From a bacterium (GTDB lineage Bacteria; Patescibacteriota; Minisyncoccia; UBA6257; HR35), in contig JBEQAR010000001.1 in NCBI GenBank assembly GCA_041640295.1, positions 16,453 to 80,452 of the forward strand: a stretch of 64,000 nucleotides of DNA, given 5' to 3'. The translations under genes and the position numbers were made by a program. The notes below the pieces were generated by a model, which did not search any database, was not told the DNA's origin, and was given only the letters and a program-made list of their open reading frames with translations. The number at the start of each line of letters is the position of its first letter. Position 1 is the first letter of the stretch. Shown here piece by piece: positions 9,288 through 20,615 of the stretch.

Positions 9288-11897
9288 ATGTTTTCGTTTA
9301 ATAGATTTACAATTAAGGCGCAAGAGGCTTTACAAAAAGCTCAAGATTTAACTTTAAAATATCATCATTCAGAAATTAAAGGAATACATTTACTTTATGC
9401 CCTGCTTTTGCAGGATGATACTATTGTTAATGATATTTTTAAAGAAATAAAAATTGATAAAAATTATCTTATTCAAATTGTTGAAGAAGAGCTTAATCGG
9501 ATGCCTAAAATTTTTTCTATAACAAATATTGGTCAAATTTATTTAGCCCAAGAAACATTTCAAATTTTGGACCAAGCTTCTTTAATTGCCAGAAAATATA
9601 ATGATGAATTTATTTCTGTTGAACATATTTTTCTTAGTTTAACAGAAATTAGATCGGTAGCTAGATATATTTTAGAAAGATTCGGATTAACGACTGAAAG
9701 AGTGTCAAAAGTTTTAAATCAACTAAAGAAAGGGCAAAAAATAACAGACGAAAGTCCGGAAACAAAATATCGTGCTTTAGAGAAATATAGTGTTAATTTA
9801 ACTGATTTAGCTCGTCAGAAAAAATTAGATCCAATTATTGGTAGAGAAAAAGAAATTAAAAGAATCATAGAAATTCTATCGCGCCGAACGAAAAATAATC
9901 CCATTTTGATTGGTGAACCTGGTGTGGGAAAAACTGCTATTGTCGAAGGTTTAGCTCAAAAAATAGTTAATAATGAAGTGCCATATTCTTTAACTGGTAG
10001 AGAAATTGTTTCACTAGATTTAGGAGCTTTGATTGCCGGTGCTAAATATCGTGGTGAATTCGAAGATAGATTTAAGTCTATCTTAAGAGAAATAAAAAGT
10101 AATCCTGGAAAATTTATTATCTTTATTGATGAAGCGCATACTTTAGTAGGAGCAGGAGCAGCTGAAGGAGCAATTGATGCTTCTAATTTATTAAAACCCT
10201 TTTTAACTAAAGGAGAAATACAATTAATTGGTGCTACTACTCTTAGGGATTATAAATTATATTTTGAAAAAGATCCTGCTTTGGTCAGAAGATTTCAACC
10301 AGTAATTATTGAAGAACCGAAACGAGATGATGCTATTGCTATTTTAAGAGGTCTAAAAGAAAAATACGAAATTCATCATGGAATAAGAATAACCGATAAC
10401 GCAATTATTGCAGCTGTTGATTTATCTATTAGATATATCACTGATAGGTTTTTACCCGATAAAGCTATTGATTTAATTGATGAATCGGCAGCAAGTTTAA
10501 GATTAGAAGCAGAAAGTATGCCTCAAGAATTAGAAAACATCAAAAAGGAAATTAGAAAGTTAGAAATTGAAAGAGAGGCAATTTTAAAGGAGGAAAATTC
10601 TCAAAATAAAATTAAAGCTATAGACAATAAATTGAAAAAAATGAAAAAAGTAGAAGAAAAATTAGAAAATGAATGGAATAAAGAAAAGAAAATAAAAGAT
10701 CGATATAATCAACTTAAGAAAAAATTAGAAGATTTACAAAAAGAAGTTGAAGAACAAGAAGCAGAAGGTAATTTATCTCGAGTGGCAGAAATTATTTATG
10801 GAGAAATTCCAGGAGTCAAGAAGGAAATTTCAGAAATAGAAGAAAATATTAAAAAAAATAAATTGAAATTTATTAAAGAAGAAGTAACAGAAGAAACAGT
10901 AGCTCAGATAGTTTCTCGTTGGACGGGTATTCCGGTTCATAAAATTTTAGAAGATGAAGCCAAAAAACTTTTAAATGCAGAAAAAATTTTAAAACAAAGG
11001 GTAATTGGTCAGGATGAAGCAATATCAGCAGTAGCAAATGCTATTCGCCGAGCAAGAGCTGGGTTATCAGACGAAAAAAGGCCTATTGCTTCATTTATCT
11101 TTCTTGGTCCAACAGGTGTAGGAAAAACAGAAACTGCTCGAGCGTTAGCTGAATTTATGTTCAATGATGAAAAAGCAATGATTAGGTTTGATATGTCAGA
11201 ATATATGGAACCACATTCGGTAGCTAAATTAATTGGTTCACCTCCAGGTTATGTAGGCTATGAAGAAGGTGGACAATTAACTGAAGCTGTAAAAAGAAGG
11301 CCTTATAGTTTGATATTATTTGACGAGATTGAAAAAGCTCATCAAGAAGTTTTTAATATTCTTCTTCAAATTTTAGACGAAGGTCGATTAACAGATAGTA
11401 AGGGCTTCACTGCTAATTTTAGAAATACTATTATTATTATGACTTCAAATATTGGTAGTTATTATTTTAAAAAAATGGGTTCAATTGGTTTTGACAAGGA
11501 AGAAAATAAAGAATTCGAGGATTATCAAAATAAAGCCTTAAGAGCCTTGAAAGAATTTTTCAAACCAGAATTTATAAATAGAATAGATGAAATTATTGTT
11601 TTTAAACCTCTTAATAAAGAACACTTAAAAGAAATTGTTGAAATTCAATTAGAAAGAGTGAAAAATTTATTAATAAAAAGAGGATTAAAAATAGACTTTA
11701 GTGAAGAAATTAAAGATTATTTAATAGAAAAAGGATTTGATCCAGAATATGGTGCTCGACCTCTCCAAAGAGCAATTCAAAGATTTATTTTAAATCCTTT
11801 AGCAGAAAGATTAATACAAAACAAAATTAAACAAGGTCAAAAATTATTTTTAAGGTTAAGGGCAAACAAAGATTTAGAAATTATTTATCCTAAATAA
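9288..11897 (+). CDS. clpB: ATP-dependent chaperone ClpB
   Basis: Two AAA modules ([16 protein letters not shown]), long coiled-coil middle domain, GARPL. Confidence 0.95.
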   Translation: MFSFNRFTIKAQEALQKAQDLTLKYHHSEIKGIHLLYALLLQDDTIVNDIFKEIKIDKNYLIQIVEEELNRMPKIFSITNIGQIYLAQETFQILDQASLIARKYNDEFISVEHIFLSLTEIRSVARYILERFGLTTERVSKVLNQLKKGQKITDESPETKYRALEKYSVNLTDLARQKKLDPIIGREKEIKRIIEILSRRTKNNPILIGEPGVGKTAIVEGLAQKIVNNEVPYSLTGREIVSLDLGALIAGAKYRGEFEDRFKSILREIKSNPGKFIIFIDEAHTLVGAGAAEGAIDASNLLKPFLTKGEIQLIGATTLRDYKLYFEKDPALVRRFQPVIIEEPKRDDAIAILRGLKEKYEIHHGIRITDNAIIAAVDLSIRYITDRFLPDKAIDLIDESAASLRLEAESMPQELENIKKEIRKLEIEREAILKEENSQNKIKAIDNKLKKMKKVEEKLENEWNKEKKIKDRYNQLKKKLEDLQKEVEEQEAEGNLSRVAEIIYGEIPGVKKEISEIEENIKKNKLKFIKEEVTEETVAQIVSRWTGIPVHKILEDEAKKLLNAEKILKQRVIGQDEAISAVANAIRRARAGLSDEKRPIASFIFLGPTGVGKTETARALAEFMFNDEKAMIRFDMSEYMEPHSVAKLIGSPPGYVGYEEGGQLTEAVKRRPYSLILFDEIEKAHQEVFNILLQILDEGRLTDSKGFTANFRNTIIIMTSNIGSYYFKKMGSIGFDKEENKEFEDYQNKALRALKEFFKPEFINRIDEIIVFKPLNKEHLKEIVEIQLERVKNLLIKRGLKIDFSEEIKDYLIEKGFDPEYGARPLQRAIQRFILNPLAERLIQNKIKQGQKLFLRLRANKDLEIIYPK

Positions 11898-11899
11898 AA

Positions 11900-12079
11900 A
11901 TGTTGAATAGAATTTTAAATTATTTAAAAGAATCTATTACTGAATTAAAAAAAATTAGTTGGTTAAATTGGAAGGAAACTTTAATCTTAACAATCAATAT
12001 TGTTCTTTTTGTTTTTTTATTTGTAATTATTTATTGGTTGTTTGATTTTATTTTACTAAAACTTATTTTTCTTAGATAA
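11900..12079 (+). CDS. secE: Preprotein translocase subunit SecE
   Basis: Manual translation MLNRILNYLKESITELKKISW...; ELKKxxW motif followed by one TM; 59 aa, missed by ORF track. Confidence 0.88.
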   Translation: MLNRILNYLKESITELKKISWLNWKETLILTINIVLFVFLFVIIYWLFDFILLKLIFLR

Positions 12080-12096
12080 TTAACTTCAGAAACAAT

Positions 12097-13347
12097 TTAT
12101 AATTTGAAAATATATTTTCTAACTAAATAATAACTTAATAGTAAATTAAGTAACTGAGCGATATAAGTGGTTATTGCTGCGCCATACATACCGTAATAAG
12201 GAATCAGTAAAAAATTTAATAGTAAATTTAAAGACGCGCAAAAAGCGGTGATAAAGAAGTTTTGCCATTGTTTATTATAAATAAATAAAAGATGATCTAA
12301 AATAGAAATAAAAGATATTAATAAAATTATCCAGATTAAAAATTTAAATAGATTGATTGATGGTTCATAATGACCATTACTAAAAAATAAAGTAAAAATA
12401 GGTTCAATTAATATTAAACTAAGTAAGCATATTGAAAAATAAATTAGAAAATTATAAACAACTACTTTATTAATAATTCTTTTAATTTTTCCAACATCTT
12501 CTCTCATTTCTGAAAGATGTGGAAAAAGTGCTGCTAAAAAGAAACCAATAATTAAATGCAAATTAAGAATTAATTTAGTTACTAAAGTATAATAACCAAC
12601 CTCTTGATAGCCCTTTAAATAACCTAAAATTATTTGATCGGTAGTAAAAAATATAAAACCTAAAACACCAAAAAACATTATTGGTGTTCCATTAATTAAA
12701 AAATATTTTGCTCTATTCAATTGAAATTTAAAATTTTCTAAATTAATTATCTTTTTGAAAATTAATAACGCGTAAAAGAAAGAAATTGTAATTCCAATTA
12801 AGTAAGCAACAGATAAAAAGATAGGTTTGTTAATTTCTCTTAAGAAAAAAATTACCAAAATTAAAATTAAAAAAGATTCAATTAATGTTGAAATACCTTC
12901 GTATTCCATTCTTTTTAATGCTTGAAAGATTGTGTGGAGCATGTATTTCACCTGAGAAATTAAAGAAAAAATAAAAATAATTAAAAACATTAATCTTGAT
13001 TGATAATCTTTAAAAATTAAAAAGCCTAAAAATATTAAAAGAGAAGTTAAAGCTAAAATAATTAATCTAAAAGTAATAAAATTTTCTATTAACTCCTTTT
13101 TATTTTCTTCTTTTTGATAATCTCTAACTGTTAAATAACCACTACCCCAATCAGCAAAAATAAAAAAAGAACCAACAATAGCTAAAACATAAGAAAAATG
13201 TCCATAACCTTGAGGACCAAGATATTTAGCTGAAGTTATAATAATTAATAATTTAAATATTTTAGAAAAAAAATTACTGAAATATAACCAAAAAGTGTTT
13301 TTTAAAACGGTTTGTTTAGGGTTAAGATTTTCGAATAAAATCTTCAT
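12097..13347 (-). CDS. Wzx-like polysaccharide flippase
   Basis: KNTFW..KYLGPQGYG start, about 12 TMs, NFLLIPYYGMYGAA. Confidence 0.88.
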   Translation of the reverse strand: MKILFENLNPKQTVLKNTFWLYFSNFFSKIFKLLIIITSAKYLGPQGYGHFSYVLAIVGSFFIFADWGSGYLTVRDYQKEENKKELIENFITFRLIILALTSLLIFLGFLIFKDYQSRLMFLIIFIFSLISQVKYMLHTIFQALKRMEYEGISTLIESFLILILVIFFLREINKPIFLSVAYLIGITISFFYALLIFKKIINLENFKFQLNRAKYFLINGTPIMFFGVLGFIFFTTDQIILGYLKGYQEVGYYTLVTKLILNLHLIIGFFLAALFPHLSEMREDVGKIKRIINKVVVYNFLIYFSICLLSLILIEPIFTLFFSNGHYEPSINLFKFLIWIILLISFISILDHLLFIYNKQWQNFFITAFCASLNLLLNFLLIPYYGMYGAAITTYIAQLLNLLLSYYLVRKYIFKL

Positions 13348-13349
13348 AA

Positions 13350-14258
13350 TTACAAAATTTTAAATGAATTATATTGCTTAATTATTCTTCGCCAAATGAT
13401 TGTCATTTTATCTACTTTAGCTAAGATAGGTCCTTTTTTCAAATTACCAATAAAATCATCAAGTTTATTCAAATAACCTTGAGCAATTATTTTTACTCTT
13501 CCATCTAATAAATTTTGAGCATAACCAGTAATATTTAATTTTTTAGCAGATTGATAACAAAAATAACGGTAACCTACTCCCTGAACCCTTCCCTTAACAT
13601 ATATTTTAACTTCTAAAATTTTTTTTTCTATATCCTTGAAAGTTAATGCTTGTTTAAGGTCAAAATTGTTAATCTTTTCTCTAATTAAATTCCACAAAAC
13701 TCCACCGCAAGAAAGTTCTTCTCCTAAATCATTAGCAAAACTTCTTACATAAAAACCAGAACTAACTGTTAATCTAATTTTTAATAAATTATCATAAAAA
13801 TCGACAATTTGATAATCATAAAGATTAACTTCTTTAGGTGTTAAAGTAAAATCAATCCCCCGCCGAACTAATTTATAGGCTGGTTGACCTTTAATTTTGA
13901 TTGCTGAATATTTAGGCGGTATTTGTTTAATTTTTCCTTGAAATTTTTTTAATTTTTCTTTAATTTTTTCTAAATCAATTTGACAATTTCCTTTTTTAAT
14001 CAATTTTCCTTCTCGATCATAAGTTTCAGAAACATAACCGAATTTAATTTCTGCTAAATAAGTTTTTTTTGTTTTTGTCAAAAAATAACGAAGATATTTT
14101 GTACCAGTACCAATTCCAATAATTAATAAACCCTGAGCCAATTTATCTAAAGTCCCACCATGGCCTATTTTTTTCTCTTTTGTTATTTGTTTAAAATAAT
14201 CTAAAACCTGCTGAGAAGTATATCCTGATGGTTTATTAAACAACACAATTCCTTCCAT
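13350..14258 (-). CDS. truB: tRNA pseudouridine(55) synthase fused to acylphosphatase
   Basis: KPSGYTS, GHGGTLD, PPKYSAIK, SGFYVRS; C-terminal GRVQGVGYR..GYAQNLLDGRV acylphosphatase signature. Confidence 0.9.
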   Translation of the reverse strand: MEGIVLFNKPSGYTSQQVLDYFKQITKEKKIGHGGTLDKLAQGLLIIGIGTGTKYLRYFLTKTKKTYLAEIKFGYVSETYDREGKLIKKGNCQIDLEKIKEKLKKFQGKIKQIPPKYSAIKIKGQPAYKLVRRGIDFTLTPKEVNLYDYQIVDFYDNLLKIRLTVSSGFYVRSFANDLGEELSCGGVLWNLIREKINNFDLKQALTFKDIEKKILEVKIYVKGRVQGVGYRYFCYQSAKKLNITGYAQNLLDGRVKIIAQGYLNKLDDFIGNLKKGPILAKVDKMTIIWRRIIKQYNSFKIL

Positions 14259-14259
14259 T

Positions 14260-15213
14260 TTATTCTAAATTATTCAAAATATATTTAACAATTTTTTTTA
14301 CTGATAATTCACTAATAAAACCAGCAGAATACTTATGTCCACCGCCACCCAGTTTTTTAGCTATTTGACCAACATTAATTTTTTCTGATCTTAAACTACC
14401 GTAAATTTTATTTTTTTTCTTAACTAATAAAGCAATAGTTTCTATATCAGTAATTAATCTTAAGTATTCTAAAAATGAACCTAATCTTTTTATTCTTTTG
14501 TTTTTTTCTAAATAGATTAACATAAATCTTTTTTTATAATATATTTTTATTTTATCAATTAAAAATATTAACTTTTTAAACTCTGAAAATTTAAAACCAT
14601 AAATTTTCTTAATAATAGCGAACAAATCAATTTTTTCATCATATAACTTTTCTAAAATCTTGAATGTTTCTTTATTTTTAATATAACGTAAACCAACTGT
14701 ATCACCAATTATTCCTGTGAGAATATTAAGTTTAAATTTGGAAGTTAATTTAAAATTAAAAAATTCAGCTAATTTAAAAATAATAACAGAACAAGAGTCA
14801 GCATTTTCTTCTAAATAGTAAACGCTCTCTTTAATAGAAAATGAGGCATGATGATCAATAATAAAAACTTTGTTATAATCAATAAATTTTTTTTCTAAAC
14901 CTAATCTTTCTTCATCAGTAGTTTCAATACCAATAATTAAATCGATTTCATTAGGTGATTCATTGATCTTGTTTTGAATTAATTTTAAATCATCGTTAAT
15001 ATTTTTTAGAATATCTTTTTCGTAAAAATAATCTTTATTAAATAAAATAATTGTTTTCGTAGGATAATTTTTCTTAAGAAGATAATATAAGGCTAATTGA
15101 GAAAATAAACAATCAGGGTCAGGTTTACGATGAGAAACGATTAAAATTTTTGATGAGTTTTCTAATTTACTTTTTAACTTTTTACAAAATTTATTTAAAT
15201 TATCAATTTTCAT
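14260..15213 (-). CDS. DHH/DHHA1 family phosphoesterase (NrnA-like)
   Basis: SHRKPDPD, IIDHH, GIIGDT, SLRS, GGGGH; start taken at MKIDN. Confidence 0.9.
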   Translation of the reverse strand: MKIDNLNKFCKKLKSKLENSSKILIVSHRKPDPDCLFSQLALYYLLKKNYPTKTIILFNKDYFYEKDILKNINDDLKLIQNKINESPNEIDLIIGIETTDEERLGLEKKFIDYNKVFIIDHHASFSIKESVYYLEENADSCSVIIFKLAEFFNFKLTSKFKLNILTGIIGDTVGLRYIKNKETFKILEKLYDEKIDLFAIIKKIYGFKFSEFKKLIFLIDKIKIYYKKRFMLIYLEKNKRIKRLGSFLEYLRLITDIETIALLVKKKNKIYGSLRSEKINVGQIAKKLGGGGHKYSAGFISELSVKKIVKYILNNLE

Positions 15214-15904
15214 GTTGATGGAGCTGGTAAATAAAGTTTTCTCCATATAACTTTTTCAAATTTTCTTCATTTAATTCTTTTTTTACTTCTCCATAACATA
15301 AAGGACGAACGTTCAAACATAAAACTTTTTTAGCGAAACTGTAAACAATATTAATTTCATGTGTTACAAAAATTATAGTAATTTTATGGACTTCATTTAG
15401 ATAAAGAATAAGTTCATAAATTTTCTTTTCACCCTCGATATCAATTCCTGATGTTGGCTCATCCATTAAAATTAACTTAGGTTTTTTAAATAAAGATTTA
15501 GCAATTAATGTTCGTTGAATTTGACCACCAGATAATTCGCCTAATTTTTTATCTAAAATAGTTGAGATGCCAATTTCTTTAATTATTTGATCATTAAAAT
15601 CAATACTATTATTGTTTATTGTTAAAAATTCTCTCACGGTTAAGGGGAAATTTTTATCAAAATCAAATTTTTGAGGTATATAGGCTATCTCTGATAATTT
15701 ATTTTTTATTGAACTCCCAGCATAAATAATTTCACCCTGGTAATCAATTAATCCCAAAATACATCTTAGAAGAGTAGTTTTTCCTGCACCGTTGGGTCCA
15801 ATGATAGCTAAAATATCTCCTTCCTTTAATTTAAAATTTATATTATTTAAAATAATTTGATTATTAAACTTAACAGTTAAATTTTTTACTTCTAAAATAT
15901 TCAT
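15203..15904 (-). CDS. znuC: Metal (Zn/Mn) ABC transporter ATP-binding protein
   Basis: GPNGAGKT, YIPQ, LSGGQ, MDEPTSGID, His-containing tail. Confidence 0.85.
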   Translation of the reverse strand: MNILEVKNLTVKFNNQIILNNINFKLKEGDILAIIGPNGAGKTTLLRCILGLIDYQGEIIYAGSSIKNKLSEIAYIPQKFDFDKNFPLTVREFLTINNNSIDFNDQIIKEIGISTILDKKLGELSGGQIQRTLIAKSLFKKPKLILMDEPTSGIDIEGEKKIYELILYLNEVHKITIIFVTHEINIVYSFAKKVLCLNVRPLCYGEVKKELNEENLKKLYGENFIYQLHQHEN

Positions 15905-16788
15905 TTTAATGCTTCTTGGATAGTTTCAATATTATTTTTCATTAGTTGATAATAACTTTCATTCTCTTTAATTACTTCAACTGGATTAAGGGAAAATATT
16001 TTTAAATTATAAATATTAGCAATTTGGCTTACTAAATTAGTTACAAAACCGCTTTCAACAAAAATTATCTCAATTTTTTCATTTTTAATCAATTTACCCA
16101 GATTCAAAATATCTTGTGGTAATAAATCCTTTAATTCATCATTATAAATAGTTGCTCCGATCTTAATGTTATAATCTTTAAAAAGATAATTAAAAGCTGG
16201 ATGAGTAATAATTACTGTTTTTTTATCAAGATTAGTTAATTTATTTTTAGCTAATTCTTCTAACTCATTCAATTTTGTTAAGTAATCATTAGTCTTTTTA
16301 TTATAATAAAAAGAATTTTTTTTATCCAAACTATTCAAAATATTATTCAAATTCTTTATTATAATTTTTGCATTTTTGATTGATAACCAATAGTGAGGAT
16401 TAATAATATTATTTTCTTGAAAAAGTTCAACACCTTTATTTAATTCGTAAATTTTAATTTGAGGATTGTTTATATATTTATTTATCCAATCATCAAGTCC
16501 GTATCCAATTTTTAAAACAATATCAGCTGAATTAAGTTTAGAAATATCTTGTGGTAATAAATCAACATTATGAATATGACCACCTTGAGAAATAAATGAC
16601 AAATTTAAAAGCTCAACTTTGTCACCTCCAATATTTTTCACAAAATCATAAAAAGTTCCATTAGTAACAACAATTCTCAATTTATTCTTTTCTTTATTCA
16701 AAGAAGAGAAGTTAAGAAAACTAAATATGAATAACAACAAAGAAATAACTATAAAAAAAATTACCAATTTATTTTCTAACTTTAACAT
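15901..16788 (-). CDS. znuA: Metal ABC transporter substrate-binding protein (ZnuA/TroA family)
   Basis: KNIGGDKV, HIH, NPHYWLS, THPAFNY. Confidence 0.85.
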   Translation of the reverse strand: MLKLENKLVIFFIVISLLLFIFSFLNFSSLNKEKNKLRIVVTNGTFYDFVKNIGGDKVELLNLSFISQGGHIHNVDLLPQDISKLNSADIVLKIGYGLDDWINKYINNPQIKIYELNKGVELFQENNIINPHYWLSIKNAKIIIKNLNNILNSLDKKNSFYYNKKTNDYLTKLNELEELAKNKLTNLDKKTVIITHPAFNYLFKDYNIKIGATIYNDELKDLLPQDILNLGKLIKNEKIEIIFVESGFVTNLVSQIANIYNLKIFSLNPVEVIKENESYYQLMKNNIETIQEALK

Positions 16789-16905
16789 TAATTTAATAAT
16801 AATAAAATAAAATTTTTTAATTAATACTAAATTTTATTAAAATCACTTTATATTATAATTTGCTAATAATATTATAATAGCAAGATTAAAAATTAACTAA
16901 TAGTT

Positions 16906-18543
<1,638 letters not shown>

Positions 18544-18556
18544 TTAAAAATATAAA

Positions 18557-18588
18557 AATCCATAACCCACAATTTGGAGTTATGGATT
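18557..18588 (-). other. Intercistronic stem-loop between groES and groEL
   Basis: AATCCATAAC...GTTATGGATT inverted repeat, followed on the minus strand by a U-rich run. Confidence 0.6.
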
Positions 18589-18880
18589 AATCTTCTAAAA
18601 TTGCCATTACATCATCTTCTCTAATGAAATAATACTCTTTATCATCTATTTTAATTTCATCTGGTGCATATTTTTTAAATAAAATAGTTTGACCTTCTTT
18701 AATGTTAATAGGAATTCTTTCACCTTTTTCATTTAATCTCCCTGGACCAACAGCAATTACTTTACCTCTGATTGTTCTTTCTTCTCTGGCTGTTTCCGGA
18801 ATAATAATCCCTCCCTTAGTAACCTCTTCGGGTTTTATTGGTTCAACTAAAATATAATCATTAATTGGTTTTATCTTCAT
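18587..18880 (-). CDS. groS: Co-chaperonin GroES
   Basis: MKIKPINDYILV, TKGGIIIP, VIAVGPG; start moved to ATG at 18880. Confidence 0.97.
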   Translation of the reverse strand: MKIKPINDYILVEPIKPEEVTKGGIIIPETAREERTIRGKVIAVGPGRLNEKGERIPINIKEGQTILFKKYAPDEIKIDDKEYYFIREDDVMAILED

Positions 18881-18970
18881 TATTTTAATTTTGAGGGAAA
18901 TTGAACAAAATGCCAATTCCCCTCTTTATCACCCTCAGTGATAAGATGACAAATCCTGTTGAAGATAAAT

Positions 18971-18999
18971 ATTATAATAAAAACAAAATGAAATTTCAA
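18971..18999 (-). promoter_or_regulatory. Sigma70-type promoter of groESL
   Basis: TTGAAA-17 bp-TATAAT on the minus strand, about 90 bp upstream of the groES start. Confidence 0.6.
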
Positions 19000-19063
19000 C
19001 CCCTATCTAATTTATTTATAGAGATATTATTCTATTTAAATTTAAAGAGAAAAATTCTTAAAA

Positions 19064-20515
19064 TTAATCTAAATCTGGTAAGAGAAAGCGTAGAATTCTT
19101 TCTAAATTTAAATTATTTTTAATAGAAATAACTAATTCGCTTGTGGTAGAAATATTAACATTTCTCAATCTTAAGCTAAAAGTTTGATTTCTTAAATTAA
19201 CTGGTATATTCTCACCGCTAAGTGTTGCCCTAACATCAAAGGGGGGATTATCATCTATGATTTTACCACTAATATCGATTAATAAATAAGTACCTGTTGC
19301 TTGACTTGAAAGAAAATTAGCTCGTAAATTAGAAACAGCTGGCAAAGTAGAAGCTAAGGTAGTAAAGGACCTAATGGTTGAAGTAGTTGTTAAACCAGCT
19401 TCATTCACTAAAGCAACATAAAAATTATATCCAGTATTAGGAGAAAGACCGGTAAGATTATGTTGAGCACAATCATAGCGAATAGTATTAACTAAACAAA
19501 CCTTGTTTACTTCACTAGTATTTGTTTGGTTTAGATTAGTTCCTGTACCATAATTAATAGTTGATCTTGTACCAATTTCTCTTCTTAAATCTCTAATTTT
19601 ACTTGTTAATACCCAAATCTCAGCTCTATTTGCAGAAACTCTTTTGATTACCACATCATTTAAAACTGGGTTATTAAAATTATATCCAGGAGTATTAAAA
19701 GTAATTCTTGTTGAAGCTTCAGCATTTTCTAAATCTCTAATTCTTAAACTAAGGGTTAATCTTTGTTGAGGAGGAATATTAGTTAAACTTGCAGGAACAA
19801 CAAATGATGTTTGTTGACCATCAGTGGTAGATGAATATTCAAAAAATACTTGATTTGAAGTTCTACCGGTAATTTTAAGACTTAATAGATTCAATGGTTC
19901 GTCGACATCAATACTTATTAATAATTCCCTTCTATTTAAATCGTAATCAAAATTAACTCTATTAACTACCGGAGGTTGATTGATTCTTTCAATAATTAAT
20001 TTAACACCTCGACCACAATTATAACCTCTACCTAAAATTTGTCTTGGTGAAATATAAATATAATTTGAACTATCTTGGAATCTAAAAGTTTTTGATGTCA
20101 GTAAAGTATTATCCAAAACTCTTCTTAAAGTTATTTTCACTTTATCTTTTTGATATAAAAAACCAAACGAAGTAGAGGCATTATAATTGTAACTGGTTAT
20201 TAATTTAGCAAAATTATTAATTGAAGTATGATCTCTAAGTGCTCTTTCTAAATTTCTTCTCGCAGAAGAATTGGATTGAATATTAATAGGATTATCACCT
20301 TCATTACGGGTATCATTTCGATAAGAGTTAGCAATGTGAATTTTATTATCATTAGTAAAAGATGTTAAATACAAACTCCGCGTATTGTTTACAGAATAAT
20401 AAATTAAGTTAATAGATTCATCGGTACAAAAATAAGCCTCAGTAGATGTTGATTGAGCAAAGGTAAAAACAGGTATGAAAAGAAGGTTTAATAAAATAAG
20501 AAAAGAAAATTTCAT
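19064..20515 (-). CDS. Secreted protein with fibronectin type III/Ig-like modules
   Basis: Signal peptide FTFA|Q, HNLTGLSPNTGYNFYV..RSFTT Fn3 signature, Asn/Thr/Arg rich. Confidence 0.7.
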   Translation of the reverse strand: MKFSFLILLNLLFIPVFTFAQSTSTEAYFCTDESINLIYYSVNNTRSLYLTSFTNDNKIHIANSYRNDTRNEGDNPINIQSNSSARRNLERALRDHTSINNFAKLITSYNYNASTSFGFLYQKDKVKITLRRVLDNTLLTSKTFRFQDSSNYIYISPRQILGRGYNCGRGVKLIIERINQPPVVNRVNFDYDLNRRELLISIDVDEPLNLLSLKITGRTSNQVFFEYSSTTDGQQTSFVVPASLTNIPPQQRLTLSLRIRDLENAEASTRITFNTPGYNFNNPVLNDVVIKRVSANRAEIWVLTSKIRDLRREIGTRSTINYGTGTNLNQTNTSEVNKVCLVNTIRYDCAQHNLTGLSPNTGYNFYVALVNEAGLTTTSTIRSFTTLASTLPAVSNLRANFLSSQATGTYLLIDISGKIIDDNPPFDVRATLSGENIPVNLRNQTFSLRLRNVNISTTSELVISIKNNLNLERILRFLLPDLD

Positions 20516-20615
20516 TGAATAAAATTTAATTAATGATCGACTTAAAAATTTAACTTTTTACTCTTTTTATAATTTTATAATAAGATAAACTGGTAATCAA
20601 TCATTAGTTAGCAAA

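Noticed and set aside
18925-18946. CIRCE element before groES
   Set aside because: Arms and spacer (TTATCAC-N5-GTGATAA) do not match TTAGCACTC-N9-GAGTGCTAA; reported instead as an unknown structured leader
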